This document shows, piece after piece, positions 37,909-46,980 of a stretch of DNA of 64,000 nt (the first letter of the stretch is position 1; every line of letters starts with the position of its first letter). The position numbers and the translations under genes are program-made. The stretch is from sequence record OP123707.1; one strand, 5' to 3'. The notes under the pieces were generated by a model that worked only from the letters and a program-made list of their open reading frames with translations, was not told the DNA's origin and searched no databases.

Positions 37909-39264
37909 ATGACTAAGTCTACTAAACCTAACCATGATCTTTGGAAACTGTTTATTTACCTAGCTGAAGGTCTGAACGAAATGACGTTCTTCTTGGAAGG
38001 TACAGATGACGAAGGCATGCCAACACTTAACCACACGGGTGTTGCTCACGAAGACATGCACATCACTATCCAACCTCACGCTTACTTACCAATGACCCAC
38101 ATCCACATGGACATCAACCTTCCGGTGGAACTAACCGATGCACTAGCGGGCGATCTAACAAACAATCCAGTAGCGATTCGTTTACGCGATTACCTAACGG
38201 AACGTGGTAGCATCGATTACTTGGTCTACAATGAAATGGCACCGAACATCTTGAAAGAGATCGCTGACATTCAAGCGGTACTGCACGAACAAGAGCGTCC
38301 TAACTTGGAAGCGGTTCAACAAATGATTCACTACCTCAGCAACTTGATGATGAATGAACTTGATGCAAAAGTAGCTAAGAAAGCGAACCGTTACTACCCA
38401 CTGGCAATCAATCGTCTTCCTCGTATTACGGTAGATGAACCGTCAGAAGAATGGATCGAACGTACTTTCGGTGACATGATGTCGGGTGACGTATTCCACG
38501 CTGGTCATGTAGTGGTTCGTAACGCGAAACGCGTAGGTCGTCGACTAGGCAACATTGCTGAGATGGTTAACCGTTGGGGTAAAGAGACTCAAACCGAAAA
38601 AGACTTCGATCTGTGGTTCTCTCTCAACATTGAAGATCATAAAATCTCTCTTGGCTTAGACCGTCAACCTTACCAATCGGAAGAGAGCTTTGTCATCGAA
38701 CGCACACCAGTAAACATGGACGAATGGGATGACGCTGTTGATCTAGGTTTCATTCACTCAATCCAAAAAGAGATTGACGAGATGAACATCACGATCGCTA
38801 ACCTGTTGAACTACAACACAGGTTACGAGATGCTGAATAAGGAAATCGAACAGCTTTACATCCGCAACATCCATCACCCGGTAGCGAAACATACTGTCCG
38901 TGTTTGGGAGTTCGATGATCTGTGTCCATCAGGTCGTGCTAAGATTGATGAAGAGATCGCAGCAATCATGCAATTGGTTGAAGACAAAGCTACTGAGCTA
39001 GACGCTGAAGTGAAGTTGGACATTTCTAATATGTACCTGCATCAGAAAGCTGAAGGTGAAAACTTCATTCTGAATCAAGAGCATCAGGTCGTGGCAAAAC
39101 GTTGTCAGACTTACGCAGGTACGTTCTTCGATTCTCTGCAACAGTACCTGTACGATGTGGAAACGCCGTTGTTCGGTCCTTACACTCACGTAACTCCAGC
39201 AGACCTAGGTAATCAAACAGTCATCTCTGAAACTGACCTTCTGGACGCTCCTACTCTACATTAA
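37909..39264 (+). CDS. Hypothetical protein
   Basis: 451-aa ORF with AAGGA RBS, divergent from the helicase. Confidence 0.75.
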   Translation: MTKSTKPNHDLWKLFIYLAEGLNEMTFFLEGTDDEGMPTLNHTGVAHEDMHITIQPHAYLPMTHIHMDINLPVELTDALAGDLTNNPVAIRLRDYLTERGSIDYLVYNEMAPNILKEIADIQAVLHEQERPNLEAVQQMIHYLSNLMMNELDAKVAKKANRYYPLAINRLPRITVDEPSEEWIERTFGDMMSGDVFHAGHVVVRNAKRVGRRLGNIAEMVNRWGKETQTEKDFDLWFSLNIEDHKISLGLDRQPYQSEESFVIERTPVNMDEWDDAVDLGFIHSIQKEIDEMNITIANLLNYNTGYEMLNKEIEQLYIRNIHHPVAKHTVRVWEFDDLCPSGRAKIDEEIAAIMQLVEDKATELDAEVKLDISNMYLHQKAEGENFILNQEHQVVAKRCQTYAGTFFDSLQQYLYDVETPLFGPYTHVTPADLGNQTVISETDLLDAPTLH

Positions 39265-39265
39265 G

Positions 39266-39274
39266 GATTTTATG
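39266..39274 (+). promoter_or_regulatory. Putative late promoter GATTTTATG
   Basis: Recurring motif upstream of the single-Ig-domain gene. Confidence 0.6.
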
Positions 39275-39317
39275 TGGTCGAGGCTATTTTCGGCCCATAA
39301 ATCAATAGGAGATTATA

Positions 39318-39608
39318 ATGTCAGCTCTATTAGCAGAACTGAACGCGCCAAGTAAAGTGAGTCGTAATGACGACATTGTACTTCGAGGTAAATTCGATGG
39401 TTTAGCTCAACCGCACTTAGTGAAGGTTTTCTTTAATGATGAAGAAATTGACGGTCATGTGTACACTGACCAACAAGGTTTCTTCCAAGCGGAATTCCCT
39501 GCTAAAGTAAACAAGGCGGGTAACTACCCTATCCGTATTGTAATGGTAGAGAATACTGAATCAGGTACAGAAGTCTCTGGTGAAACAACGATTCGTGTGA
39601 CTCGTTAA
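39318..39608 (+). CDS. Single Ig-like domain protein
   Basis: APSKVSRNDDIVLRG..VKVFFN..FQAEFP..AGNYPIRI..TTIRVT beta-sandwich pattern; AGGAG RBS; flanked by a late motif and a terminator (~39618-39649). Confidence 0.6.
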   Translation: MSALLAELNAPSKVSRNDDIVLRGKFDGLAQPHLVKVFFNDEEIDGHVYTDQQGFFQAEFPAKVNKAGNYPIRIVMVENTESGTEVSGETTIRVTR

Positions 39609-39684
39609 TTTAAGTTAATATCCTGTACCCTCATCGGGTACAGGATATTACTTTATTTTTTTTGCTTTTAGTAAATAAAAACAG

Positions 39685-39695
39685 ACCTATATTAC
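39685..39695 (+). promoter_or_regulatory. Putative early promoter ACCTATATTAC
   Basis: Recurring motif heading the 39755-46284 gene array. Confidence 0.72.
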
Positions 39696-39754
39696 CTATG
39701 TGTATGACCATCATACATAACCCATTTACTTCATTTAAAAGAAGGACAAACACC

Positions 39755-40543
39755 ATGTCAAACTACATCAAAGATTTTATCAGCGAAGGCACTTACTTTG
39801 AAGAAGGCCAACCAATCAACTTCATGTTCTCAGTTATTGATGCTGAGGGTGCGAGTGTCACTATTACCGCGGAAGGCAACCAAGTCCTCAAAGAAGACGT
39901 GACTGACTACAAACAAAAGTTTCGAGTCTCCTTCCCGGCAAATAAAGAATCAACTCAAGTTGAAATCAGCGTGGATTACTTAACGGGTCAGATCGATAAG
40001 AAGACCTTACGGTTCCAAGCCGTGGATCCTACCGTCTACCGATCACAACAGTTGATCAACATCGGTTTCAAAATCGAAGACATCAATAAACTGATTTCGG
40101 TTTTCACACACAGTGCTTGGTCTGAGTGTTTGAAACGTCCAATGGAAGAACAAGAGCGACGCGAACTATTAGCGTTTGCAACGCCGTCCTTTGAATATTG
40201 CGTCGAACTGTTTCAAGACGAGATTCCTTACTTGGAAATCAAGCTAACCAATCATTCTGGCGAGACACATACGGTTCGCACGGAATTAAAAGGTTGGGGA
40301 GTAACCGCGTATTCTCTATTGGGACAAATAGCCACAGAAGCGGGACTTATTTTAGCAAAAGACCTTTCCCATAAGTCTACCCTTAATGTGGTCTTGGCGT
40401 TGGCGAAAGACCCGTGTTACTCGGACTCGGTAAAAGAAGCACTGGTGGCGACCTTCACTTTAGCGTCACCGAAACCGATTATTGGGATGCGCCGTATCGT
40501 AAAGACCACCGACCTCTTCAAAAACGAAGAATCATCTATCTAA
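39755..40543 (+). CDS. Hypothetical protein with N-terminal Ig-like domain
   Basis: ATG 39755 with AAGGA RBS; VTDYKQKFRVSFPAN resembles YTDQQGFFQAEFPAK of 39318. Confidence 0.6.
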   Translation: MSNYIKDFISEGTYFEEGQPINFMFSVIDAEGASVTITAEGNQVLKEDVTDYKQKFRVSFPANKESTQVEISVDYLTGQIDKKTLRFQAVDPTVYRSQQLINIGFKIEDINKLISVFTHSAWSECLKRPMEEQERRELLAFATPSFEYCVELFQDEIPYLEIKLTNHSGETHTVRTELKGWGVTAYSLLGQIATEAGLILAKDLSHKSTLNVVLALAKDPCYSDSVKEALVATFTLASPKPIIGMRRIVKTTDLFKNEESSI

Positions 40544-40562
40544 CTTTAAATAAGGAAATACC

Positions 40563-42053
40563 ATGGATAAGCATTTAAGAATCTTCATGAACAACATGAT
40601 CGCACTAACCGATGAAATAGCGAGAAACACATCTTGTCGCTCCCCGTACTTAAACATGCTCAAAGCCAACTTTGAAGACGCGTTACTTCCGGTCGAGTTC
40701 CAGTGCATCAACGACGTCAACCAAGTGGGGATTATTCGATATGGATTCACTAACGGTCAATTCCCTGAATGGGCTGAGCGTGATCTCCCTGACTCAATCA
40801 AAGCGTGGGAAGAATTGATCAACAACAGTGAAGATAGCAGATGGTTCATTGAAGAAAAACATGTGGTTTTTGATCTGGGTTGGTGTAAGGCCCGTCTGAA
40901 CACAGGTTTCAGTGGCTGGCATTACCATCTGTCCTTCCCGGATCAAGAGATCACAACCCTTCAAAAATGGTTGGAACCTAACAATAAGTTAACGAATGAA
41001 TTCAACCGTCATTTGGCTAACTTGGTTGGGATTGAACATCCGCTGTTTGAAGAAGATGTGATTAAAGAACACGGTGCAGCGGTTCAAAAATTCCGTGATG
41101 GGGTGTTGCATATCTTAAACACCTTCGTCAAACAAGACCGTCTTCCTTTCTTTACCAACAACCGTATAAAAGTTTCTTACGGTAATGTGGATAAATCCAT
41201 GCCACAAACTGGTGAAGAACAAAGCGATGAGTTCTTCTTATCCTTACACTACGGGGAGTGGCACATCCGTGTATTCCAAGATGGTGAGGTGGGAGTTCAG
41301 CGCTACGTCTCAGGGAACTGGTCAATCTTTGATTTGAACAACCCTAAAGTGGCGACACGCCGTTTGATGGGGCATTTGTCTCAGGTACTCGATGTCGATG
41401 TCGATGTGGAATCAGAGCTCGTTCATCCTACTTTAAGTGCGATTGAGGCTTGTAGTGATGCTCGTCCTGATTATGGGTTCTTCCCAGCCGCGAGCTTCAC
41501 CACTAATGTGACAGATGAAACCAGTTTGTCCATGAGCAAAACCACCTCGGTGTACAGCAAAAACCCACTTCCAGAAGATCGTCTGGTCGACCTTAAAAAG
41601 GTATGCAGTCTCTTAAGTAAATCCGCCAACTTGAAAGGAGCGCAAACGGATAAGCTATTTAGATTGAGCATGAAGGTGGGGGCAGAGCACGTGATTGATT
41701 TTGCACGTGATTATGATTTGGATTTCGAAGTAATGGGCGCGCACCGCTTTACTGTTTACGAACCGAATAATAACGAACCTCTGTTCCGTTGGTCGGTGAA
41801 CCCTGGAAACATCGAAGCACTCCGTAAAACACTGTCCACATTAATCGGAGCCGAGGTGGAGTATCTTCATTCTTACGAAGGTGATCTAGAAGAACCGTTG
41901 GATAACTTACGTAAGCTTCAGAATGACCATTCCACGACGTTCTACATTCCTAACCCACCTAGATCTTTTGATGTGGACCGCATCAATGCTGCGATCGCTA
42001 ACATCAACAAACTGGGTACTTTGAAAAAGTTTGTTTCTTGCATCTTACTGTAA
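40563..42053 (+). CDS. Hypothetical protein
   Basis: 496-aa ORF with AAGGA RBS. Confidence 0.75.
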   Translation: MDKHLRIFMNNMIALTDEIARNTSCRSPYLNMLKANFEDALLPVEFQCINDVNQVGIIRYGFTNGQFPEWAERDLPDSIKAWEELINNSEDSRWFIEEKHVVFDLGWCKARLNTGFSGWHYHLSFPDQEITTLQKWLEPNNKLTNEFNRHLANLVGIEHPLFEEDVIKEHGAAVQKFRDGVLHILNTFVKQDRLPFFTNNRIKVSYGNVDKSMPQTGEEQSDEFFLSLHYGEWHIRVFQDGEVGVQRYVSGNWSIFDLNNPKVATRRLMGHLSQVLDVDVDVESELVHPTLSAIEACSDARPDYGFFPAASFTTNVTDETSLSMSKTTSVYSKNPLPEDRLVDLKKVCSLLSKSANLKGAQTDKLFRLSMKVGAEHVIDFARDYDLDFEVMGAHRFTVYEPNNNEPLFRWSVNPGNIEALRKTLSTLIGAEVEYLHSYEGDLEEPLDNLRKLQNDHSTTFYIPNPPRSFDVDRINAAIANINKLGTLKKFVSCILL

Positions 42054-42104
42054 TTGAATCAAAGGGGAGTTAATAGCTCCCCCATTATTAAAGGATTTAT
42101 AACA

Positions 42105-42959
42105 ATGAACAATTTGGCTACTGAAATCATCTACACTGACCACACTCGTAAATCCGCTAACGGTATTTATATTTACGCGGACTCAAGTTTGTATGGCAAT
42201 CGATTAAACGTCATTGTTTCAGATGACGAAACGGAACAAACCGAGTTGGGGATGGAAATCGATAACGTGGATTGCGGCTTAACCGTTTACGATGAAATCT
42301 TAGAGACCAACATCGTACTGGCTACGATCTCCACCCGCAGTTTAAGTAAACTGAGTGACAACTATTTCATCAAAGTTCGTTTGTTTGATAATGAAGATCA
42401 GTTGGTGGGAGAAGCGGGCCCATTTTACGCGACCATTGATGAAGAGATTGACGTGGGTTCTATCATCGTTGAACGTCGCACTAAATCGTTGTTGCGTTTA
42501 AGCACAATGTTGAGTGCGTTGGACTACATGGTGGGTGAAGAACAAGTGACCGTAATGGACACTTACATCGGTGGATGTCACTTTGAACTGAACATTACTG
42601 AGGGCAACTACGTCGCCACCATCAGCGAAGAACTGGACATCCAGTTGGAAACTATTCGTGCGTTAACTTCGGTAGATTTGATCCGTAAGTTGAACGACAG
42701 TGACCACGGTGGGTTCATACTAGACTCGGGATTGATCTTTGATCGATTCATTAAACCGGTTCAGTTTGGCGAAGACCGATGTTTAGCTAACCGTTATCGA
42801 ATGATGGAGGACTTTACTTACAAAAACATCGACATGGTGTACACGTTCGGTCTAGCGAAAACAAAGCGAGATTCTGCGTTCCTAAAAGAACTTAACTCAC
42901 GTCCTTACAAATACGCTTTTGTAAAAGAAAAGGAATCGGTGGATGAATCAGATGTCTGA
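42105..42959 (+). CDS. Hypothetical protein with N-terminal Ig-like domain
   Basis: ATG 42105 with AAGGA RBS; beta-rich N-terminus with DNYFIKV strand. The C-terminal RLS..L..G..FE pattern is shared with 43844. Confidence 0.6.
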   Translation: MNNLATEIIYTDHTRKSANGIYIYADSSLYGNRLNVIVSDDETEQTELGMEIDNVDCGLTVYDEILETNIVLATISTRSLSKLSDNYFIKVRLFDNEDQLVGEAGPFYATIDEEIDVGSIIVERRTKSLLRLSTMLSALDYMVGEEQVTVMDTYIGGCHFELNITEGNYVATISEELDIQLETIRALTSVDLIRKLNDSDHGGFILDSGLIFDRFIKPVQFGEDRCLANRYRMMEDFTYKNIDMVYTFGLAKTKRDSAFLKELNSRPYKYAFVKEKESVDESDV

Positions 42960-43266
42960 ACCTTTTGAAATTGTCGACTTCCAAGATTTCTTAGCCAAAG
43001 AACTCAGTAAGTTGGGGCAGCCTTCTAAATACACTACGTTACCGGAGTTGTATGAGGAGTATTCGGTTCCTTTTGGGAAATCCATGTTAGGTTACTTAAA
43101 ACAGTTTGATGTGGATTCTCGTTGGTTACACGACGCTTACGGATTAGATTTCCGTAAGAACAAGAAAGGGAATTGGGACGTGTTTTTGAATGAGATGGTG
43201 GGAGAGTTTCTTCATTTCAATTCAGGGGACCAACCAATCATGACTTTAACTTTAACTGGTGAATAA
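42943..43266 (+). CDS. Hypothetical protein
   Basis: 107-aa ORF overlapping the previous gene end; AAGGA RBS. Confidence 0.65.
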   Translation: MNQMSEPFEIVDFQDFLAKELSKLGQPSKYTTLPELYEEYSVPFGKSMLGYLKQFDVDSRWLHDAYGLDFRKNKKGNWDVFLNEMVGEFLHFNSGDQPIMTLTLTGE

Positions 43267-43326
43267 GTTTTAATGGAGTGGTCAATTAATAGGTCACTCC
43301 TTATTTTTTTAATCATAGGACGTATT

Positions 43327-43851
43327 ATGAAAGTCGATCTTCGACCAGCCGAGGCGTTGTTCTTAACGTTAGATGCCGCGGTTAAAATGCTAAGCAACCC
43401 TGAGTCCAAATTGAAAGAACTCGTGATGGAATCCCATCAACGTAAATACAACATGGTCTTGGTGGATGGGTTCAATCCTAAAGAGTGTTGGTTCCGTGAT
43501 TTTAACATCACGTTGTGTTTGTCGTATGACTCTATACGACAAGAACGCATTGCTTTATTTACACTCCGAGATGAGGACTTAGCGAACCACGAAAATGTCA
43601 TCAGCATTGACATCAGTGACAACACACGTCCTTTGTCGGAACACTGGGAAGCGTTGTTGCGCATCATGGCGTATCATTACCCAGAAACTTTACAACGTAT
43701 TGCGGAGTCCGGGGATCACATCGATCGACACCGCGTGTACGACGAAATAGACCGAGAACGCGGTCTTTACAAATTTTGTGATTTCCAAAAATCGCAGTAC
43801 GAATCTTTAGTAAGTTTATTTACAGACTTAGAGGAACCAGAACATGACTAA
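43327..43851 (+). CDS. Hypothetical protein
   Basis: ATG 43327 with AGGA RBS; HWEALLRIM resembles QFEALLRLL of 44652. Confidence 0.65.
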   Translation: MKVDLRPAEALFLTLDAAVKMLSNPESKLKELVMESHQRKYNMVLVDGFNPKECWFRDFNITLCLSYDSIRQERIALFTLRDEDLANHENVISIDISDNTRPLSEHWEALLRIMAYHYPETLQRIAESGDHIDRHRVYDEIDRERGLYKFCDFQKSQYESLVSLFTDLEEPEHD

Positions 43852-44671
43852 ACGTTTATTCTCATTCACCACCAGCAAAGAACTCCACCATCGTGGTGAA
43901 ACCATTTCCGTTCACCCTAACCACCGTACCTTAGGTGAATTGGAAAACTCTTACGAACTCCATGCCGAAGTTCTTATCAACGGGGAACCGATTGGTGGTG
44001 GAATGGGGTTGCATGATATCAACTACTGTCTTATGGATTACGAAGAAGATCTATTGGGTAAGACTTACCAACTGAACGTTCGCATCAAACGCGGGGATGA
44101 GATTGTCCGTGTCAGTGATACGATGGAGATGGAGTGTGGCACTCTATTGTCGGTCGAGACGCAAGACACTATGGCGCTAGCTTCGGGCTACGATTGGATC
44201 AGTCGTTTATCTCGCGCACTGGCGTTGATTCATGAGTCTTACAGTAAACGTGAAGACGAAGACCGAATTAAGTTATTCGGTTGGGAAGTTGGTCCTTACT
44301 ACTTTGAGTTTTACTGGGGTGGTGAGCAGATGGGTGTGAAAGGCATTGAGCTGGATGTTTCTCCAACTCACAACATGGATAACATCACCTCGTTCTTCAT
44401 TGACTCTTCTAGTATTCTCTCTGTTTCTCGTAGCTTCAATGAGATTTTCTATCATGAAGTGAAAGCGTGGATGGTTCATCCGGCGTTCCGTATTATGATG
44501 GTGGAACAACCCATCGGGAATGACCTTATTCACCACTACCAATTCTTAGTGGCGATTATCGCGGCCGATTCCCCAGCGTTATCTCTTCCAATGGGTCTGC
44601 GAACACTGAGTCGTGTAGCTTCTGAAGAATCAAGAAAAATTGGAGTGACTAATGGATATCAAGCTGGCTAA
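43844..44671 (+). CDS. Hypothetical protein with N-terminal Ig-like domain
   Basis: ELHHRGETISV..AEVLING..KTYQLNVRI strand pattern; GAGGA RBS. Confidence 0.6.
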   Translation: MTKRLFSFTTSKELHHRGETISVHPNHRTLGELENSYELHAEVLINGEPIGGGMGLHDINYCLMDYEEDLLGKTYQLNVRIKRGDEIVRVSDTMEMECGTLLSVETQDTMALASGYDWISRLSRALALIHESYSKREDEDRIKLFGWEVGPYYFEFYWGGEQMGVKGIELDVSPTHNMDNITSFFIDSSSILSVSRSFNEIFYHEVKAWMVHPAFRIMMVEQPIGNDLIHHYQFLVAIIAADSPALSLPMGLRTLSRVASEESRKIGVTNGYQAG

Positions 44672-45317
44672 CCCGACGGTACAGTTGGGTTCGTATTTGC
44701 GTTTCCGGTTATCGAACTTTGAAAGCAATAAACGTACCACGGTAAATGCGGGGTTGGCGTTACATGGTCAGGGTCGTCCAAAAGCGTGTTCCATACTGCG
44801 TTACCCAATCAATGGACAATACGTTTGTTTCTTGGATACTTCTGGGTTGCCTATCGGGAATCATAAGTTAACCCTATGGCCAAGCACCGGGTATTCTGAA
44901 CACGTCAATGTTCACTTCGATGTACTGATCCAAACTCCGATGAGCCATGAACTCGGGGCCCAACTAAAACGACTTTACTGGTATTTAGAACAATGGTTAG
45001 AACGGGTGGAGGAACTGGATACCACGATAGTGTTGTCCAGACTCAAGATCACTCCTAATCCGGTAACTAAAATGTTGGTGTGCAGTCTCCCGAACTCTCA
45101 GTATTACGTGGAACTTTATCCATCCGAATTCCTTACTCAGTTTGAAGCGTTGTTGCGTTTACTGGGTTCGCGATTCGATACGTTTGAGAAAGGATTCACC
45201 GATACCGATTTTGTAGAGTTACGTGCTCACTTACCGGGGTTAGGGACGTTGAACATTCCTAAAAATTTGAATGGGAATCGACTCGTTTCTATCTTCAATC
45301 GTTTTAACTTGGCTTAG
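44652..45317 (+). CDS. Hypothetical protein with N-terminal Ig-like domain
   Basis: NPTVQLGSYLRF..YVCFLDTSGLPIGNHKLTL..VHFDV strand pattern. Confidence 0.6.
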   Translation: MDIKLANPTVQLGSYLRFRLSNFESNKRTTVNAGLALHGQGRPKACSILRYPINGQYVCFLDTSGLPIGNHKLTLWPSTGYSEHVNVHFDVLIQTPMSHELGAQLKRLYWYLEQWLERVEELDTTIVLSRLKITPNPVTKMLVCSLPNSQYYVELYPSEFLTQFEALLRLLGSRFDTFEKGFTDTDFVELRAHLPGLGTLNIPKNLNGNRLVSIFNRFNLA

Positions 45318-45326
45318 GGGTGCAAA

Positions 45327-45950
45327 GTGTTAATCAAGAAAATCGGAAGCATCGTGGATCTTCCATGCAACATCAAGGACTATCGTAAAGGGTCTATCCT
45401 TCAAACGGAAGGTGGAGAGTTGGTCATTCAAGTCGCGATGGATAATCGTCCTGTTTACTTCCATTTCCCTACATCTGTGTGTGGTGACCCTGAGTTGTCT
45501 TTACTCTACATTCGCGGTGTCGCTAACCATTGTCCTGAAGCGGAAGTTTATGGTGACTTTTCTCCAGAGGTGGTGAGTTTTCTAAGAGACCACGATCTTT
45601 ACGTGAACATCATTCCTCCAGCGGTCTTCCATGTGATCAAACAGTTTAAGTTGGTCCACACTGATGACTTGGAATGGTTGAACATGGACTGTGGGTCGAA
45701 GGTGGGTTTCGTTAACCGTATCGATGGACATATCGTGGTGTCTTACGATGAAATGCGAGATTTTCCAGTCACTATCGTTGGGACAGGGGTGCTGTCGGAC
45801 TACGTAAGTTTGATCAATGCGTTAACCAATCTCAAAGTCTACACCAAGAGCTCCACGGTGTATGGGGTGTTCCCATTAGGACTCCTTCGTCAATTAAAAG
45901 AAAAAGGTATTCCTTTTGAAACGTTAGAGGAAAGCTCTGATGAATACTGA
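45327..45950 (+). CDS. Hypothetical protein with two copies of a ~100-aa alpha/beta domain
   Basis: GTG start. Halves align (RPVYFH..LLYIRGVANH..VYGDF..FLRDHDL / FPVTIV..SDYVSLINAL..VYGVF..QLKEKGI). Confidence 0.6.
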   Translation: MLIKKIGSIVDLPCNIKDYRKGSILQTEGGELVIQVAMDNRPVYFHFPTSVCGDPELSLLYIRGVANHCPEAEVYGDFSPEVVSFLRDHDLYVNIIPPAVFHVIKQFKLVHTDDLEWLNMDCGSKVGFVNRIDGHIVVSYDEMRDFPVTIVGTGVLSDYVSLINALTNLKVYTKSSTVYGVFPLGLLRQLKEKGIPFETLEESSDEY

Positions 45951-46284
45951 AGCTCCTGTTCGTTGGAAGGGGGTGGAGTTCTGGACGTATGACCCCGAGC
46001 GTGAAGACGATCGCAGAGAGATCCGTGGTTTGGACATCGATAACTTCATCTATTGCGGGATGGGAGAAGACACACACGAAGAACGAGTCTATCTTTATCT
46101 GGCGGATGAAGAACGTCGTATCCCGGTAGTGATTTGGGAATACATGGGACGAGCATCTTTAGAACGATACCTAGGATGTTTGGCTCAGGTCGATCGAGAG
46201 CGTATCGTGGTGTTTGTTCCGAACCTCATTGCTTTTACTGTGATGTTAGATGACATGAACATTCCGTACCAGCCTTGTGCATAA
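45940..46284 (+). CDS. Hypothetical protein, third copy of the 45327 domain
   Basis: IPVVIW..LERYLGCLAQ..IVVFV..MLDDMNIPY. Confidence 0.6.
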   Translation: MNTEAPVRWKGVEFWTYDPEREDDRREIRGLDIDNFIYCGMGEDTHEERVYLYLADEERRIPVVIWEYMGRASLERYLGCLAQVDRERIVVFVPNLIAFTVMLDDMNIPYQPCA

Positions 46285-46290
46285 TGCAGA

Positions 46291-46334
46291 CATAATCCTA
46301 CCCTCCCTGCCTTTCGGTGGGGAGGGTAGTTATG
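46291..46334. terminator. Bidirectional terminator
   Basis: CTACCCTCCC/GGGAGGGTAG stem between convergent genes. Confidence 0.8.
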
Positions 46335-46347
46335 CTGTTTATTTTTT

Positions 46348-46980
46348 TTATTGCTGACCACGAATTTGTTCTTCGAGTAATGCAATATATTTCCGGTCTT
46401 CGATCTGTTCTTTTTCTAACTGTTTGATGCGGATAGCGTCAGAAGCAGACTTAGTCACTTGGGACTTACGTTTGTTTTCAAAGACTTCGGCTTGTTCACG
46501 GGAGACGTAGGATTTGGTTGGAACGGTCCCAACAAACACTTCTGGGTCGTCAACACCCGTGATGGCTTTGGTTTGGTCTTTAAGGAACACGCGGTAAGTG
46601 TTCAGCTGATCTTTCAACGACGGTGGTACCGCACCCAAGTCTACGATGAAACAGAGACGCTCATAAAGCACCCCATCGATCAAAGGGAATGACTTGAAGT
46701 AAGTAGAAGGAATGTGTAACGTCGGGAGACCATCGGCTACTAACGTCACCACCACACCTTTGGATGACTCTAAGTCGTTCATTAAACTGGCGGATTCGGC
46801 AGACGTGAGTCCGACTGGGTTACCCACTAACAGATGCGTGTTAACTTTAGCGATGTTCAGTTCATCGACGGTACGGAGGGCCTCTACCGTGTACATCAGG
46901 TTGGGATCACAAACCTGATCAAACGGCTCCAATGCCTCAAATGAACCACTCGCTCCTATTTCAGGAATGATGTTATTCAT
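46348..46980 (-). CDS. Conserved phiKZ-like protein, probably virion structural
   Basis: 210 aa, coupled to the upstream virion-type gene; C-terminal coiled coil. Confidence 0.55.
   Translation of the reverse strand: MNNIIPEIGASGSFEALEPFDQVCDPNLMYTVEALRTVDELNIAKVNTHLLVGNPVGLTSAESASLMNDLESSKGVVVTLVADGLPTLHIPSTYFKSFPLIDGVLYERLCFIVDLGAVPPSLKDQLNTYRVFLKDQTKAITGVDDPEVFVGTVPTKSYVSREQAEVFENKRKSQVTKSASDAIRIKQLEKEQIEDRKYIALLEEQIRGQQ

Noticed and set aside
30773-42053. Possible paralogy among 30773, 31580, 34525, 37909 and 40563
   Set aside because: Only short, weak resemblances (e.g. L-x-NP-x-L, EW-x-ER) that cannot be distinguished from chance by eye; needs HHalign.
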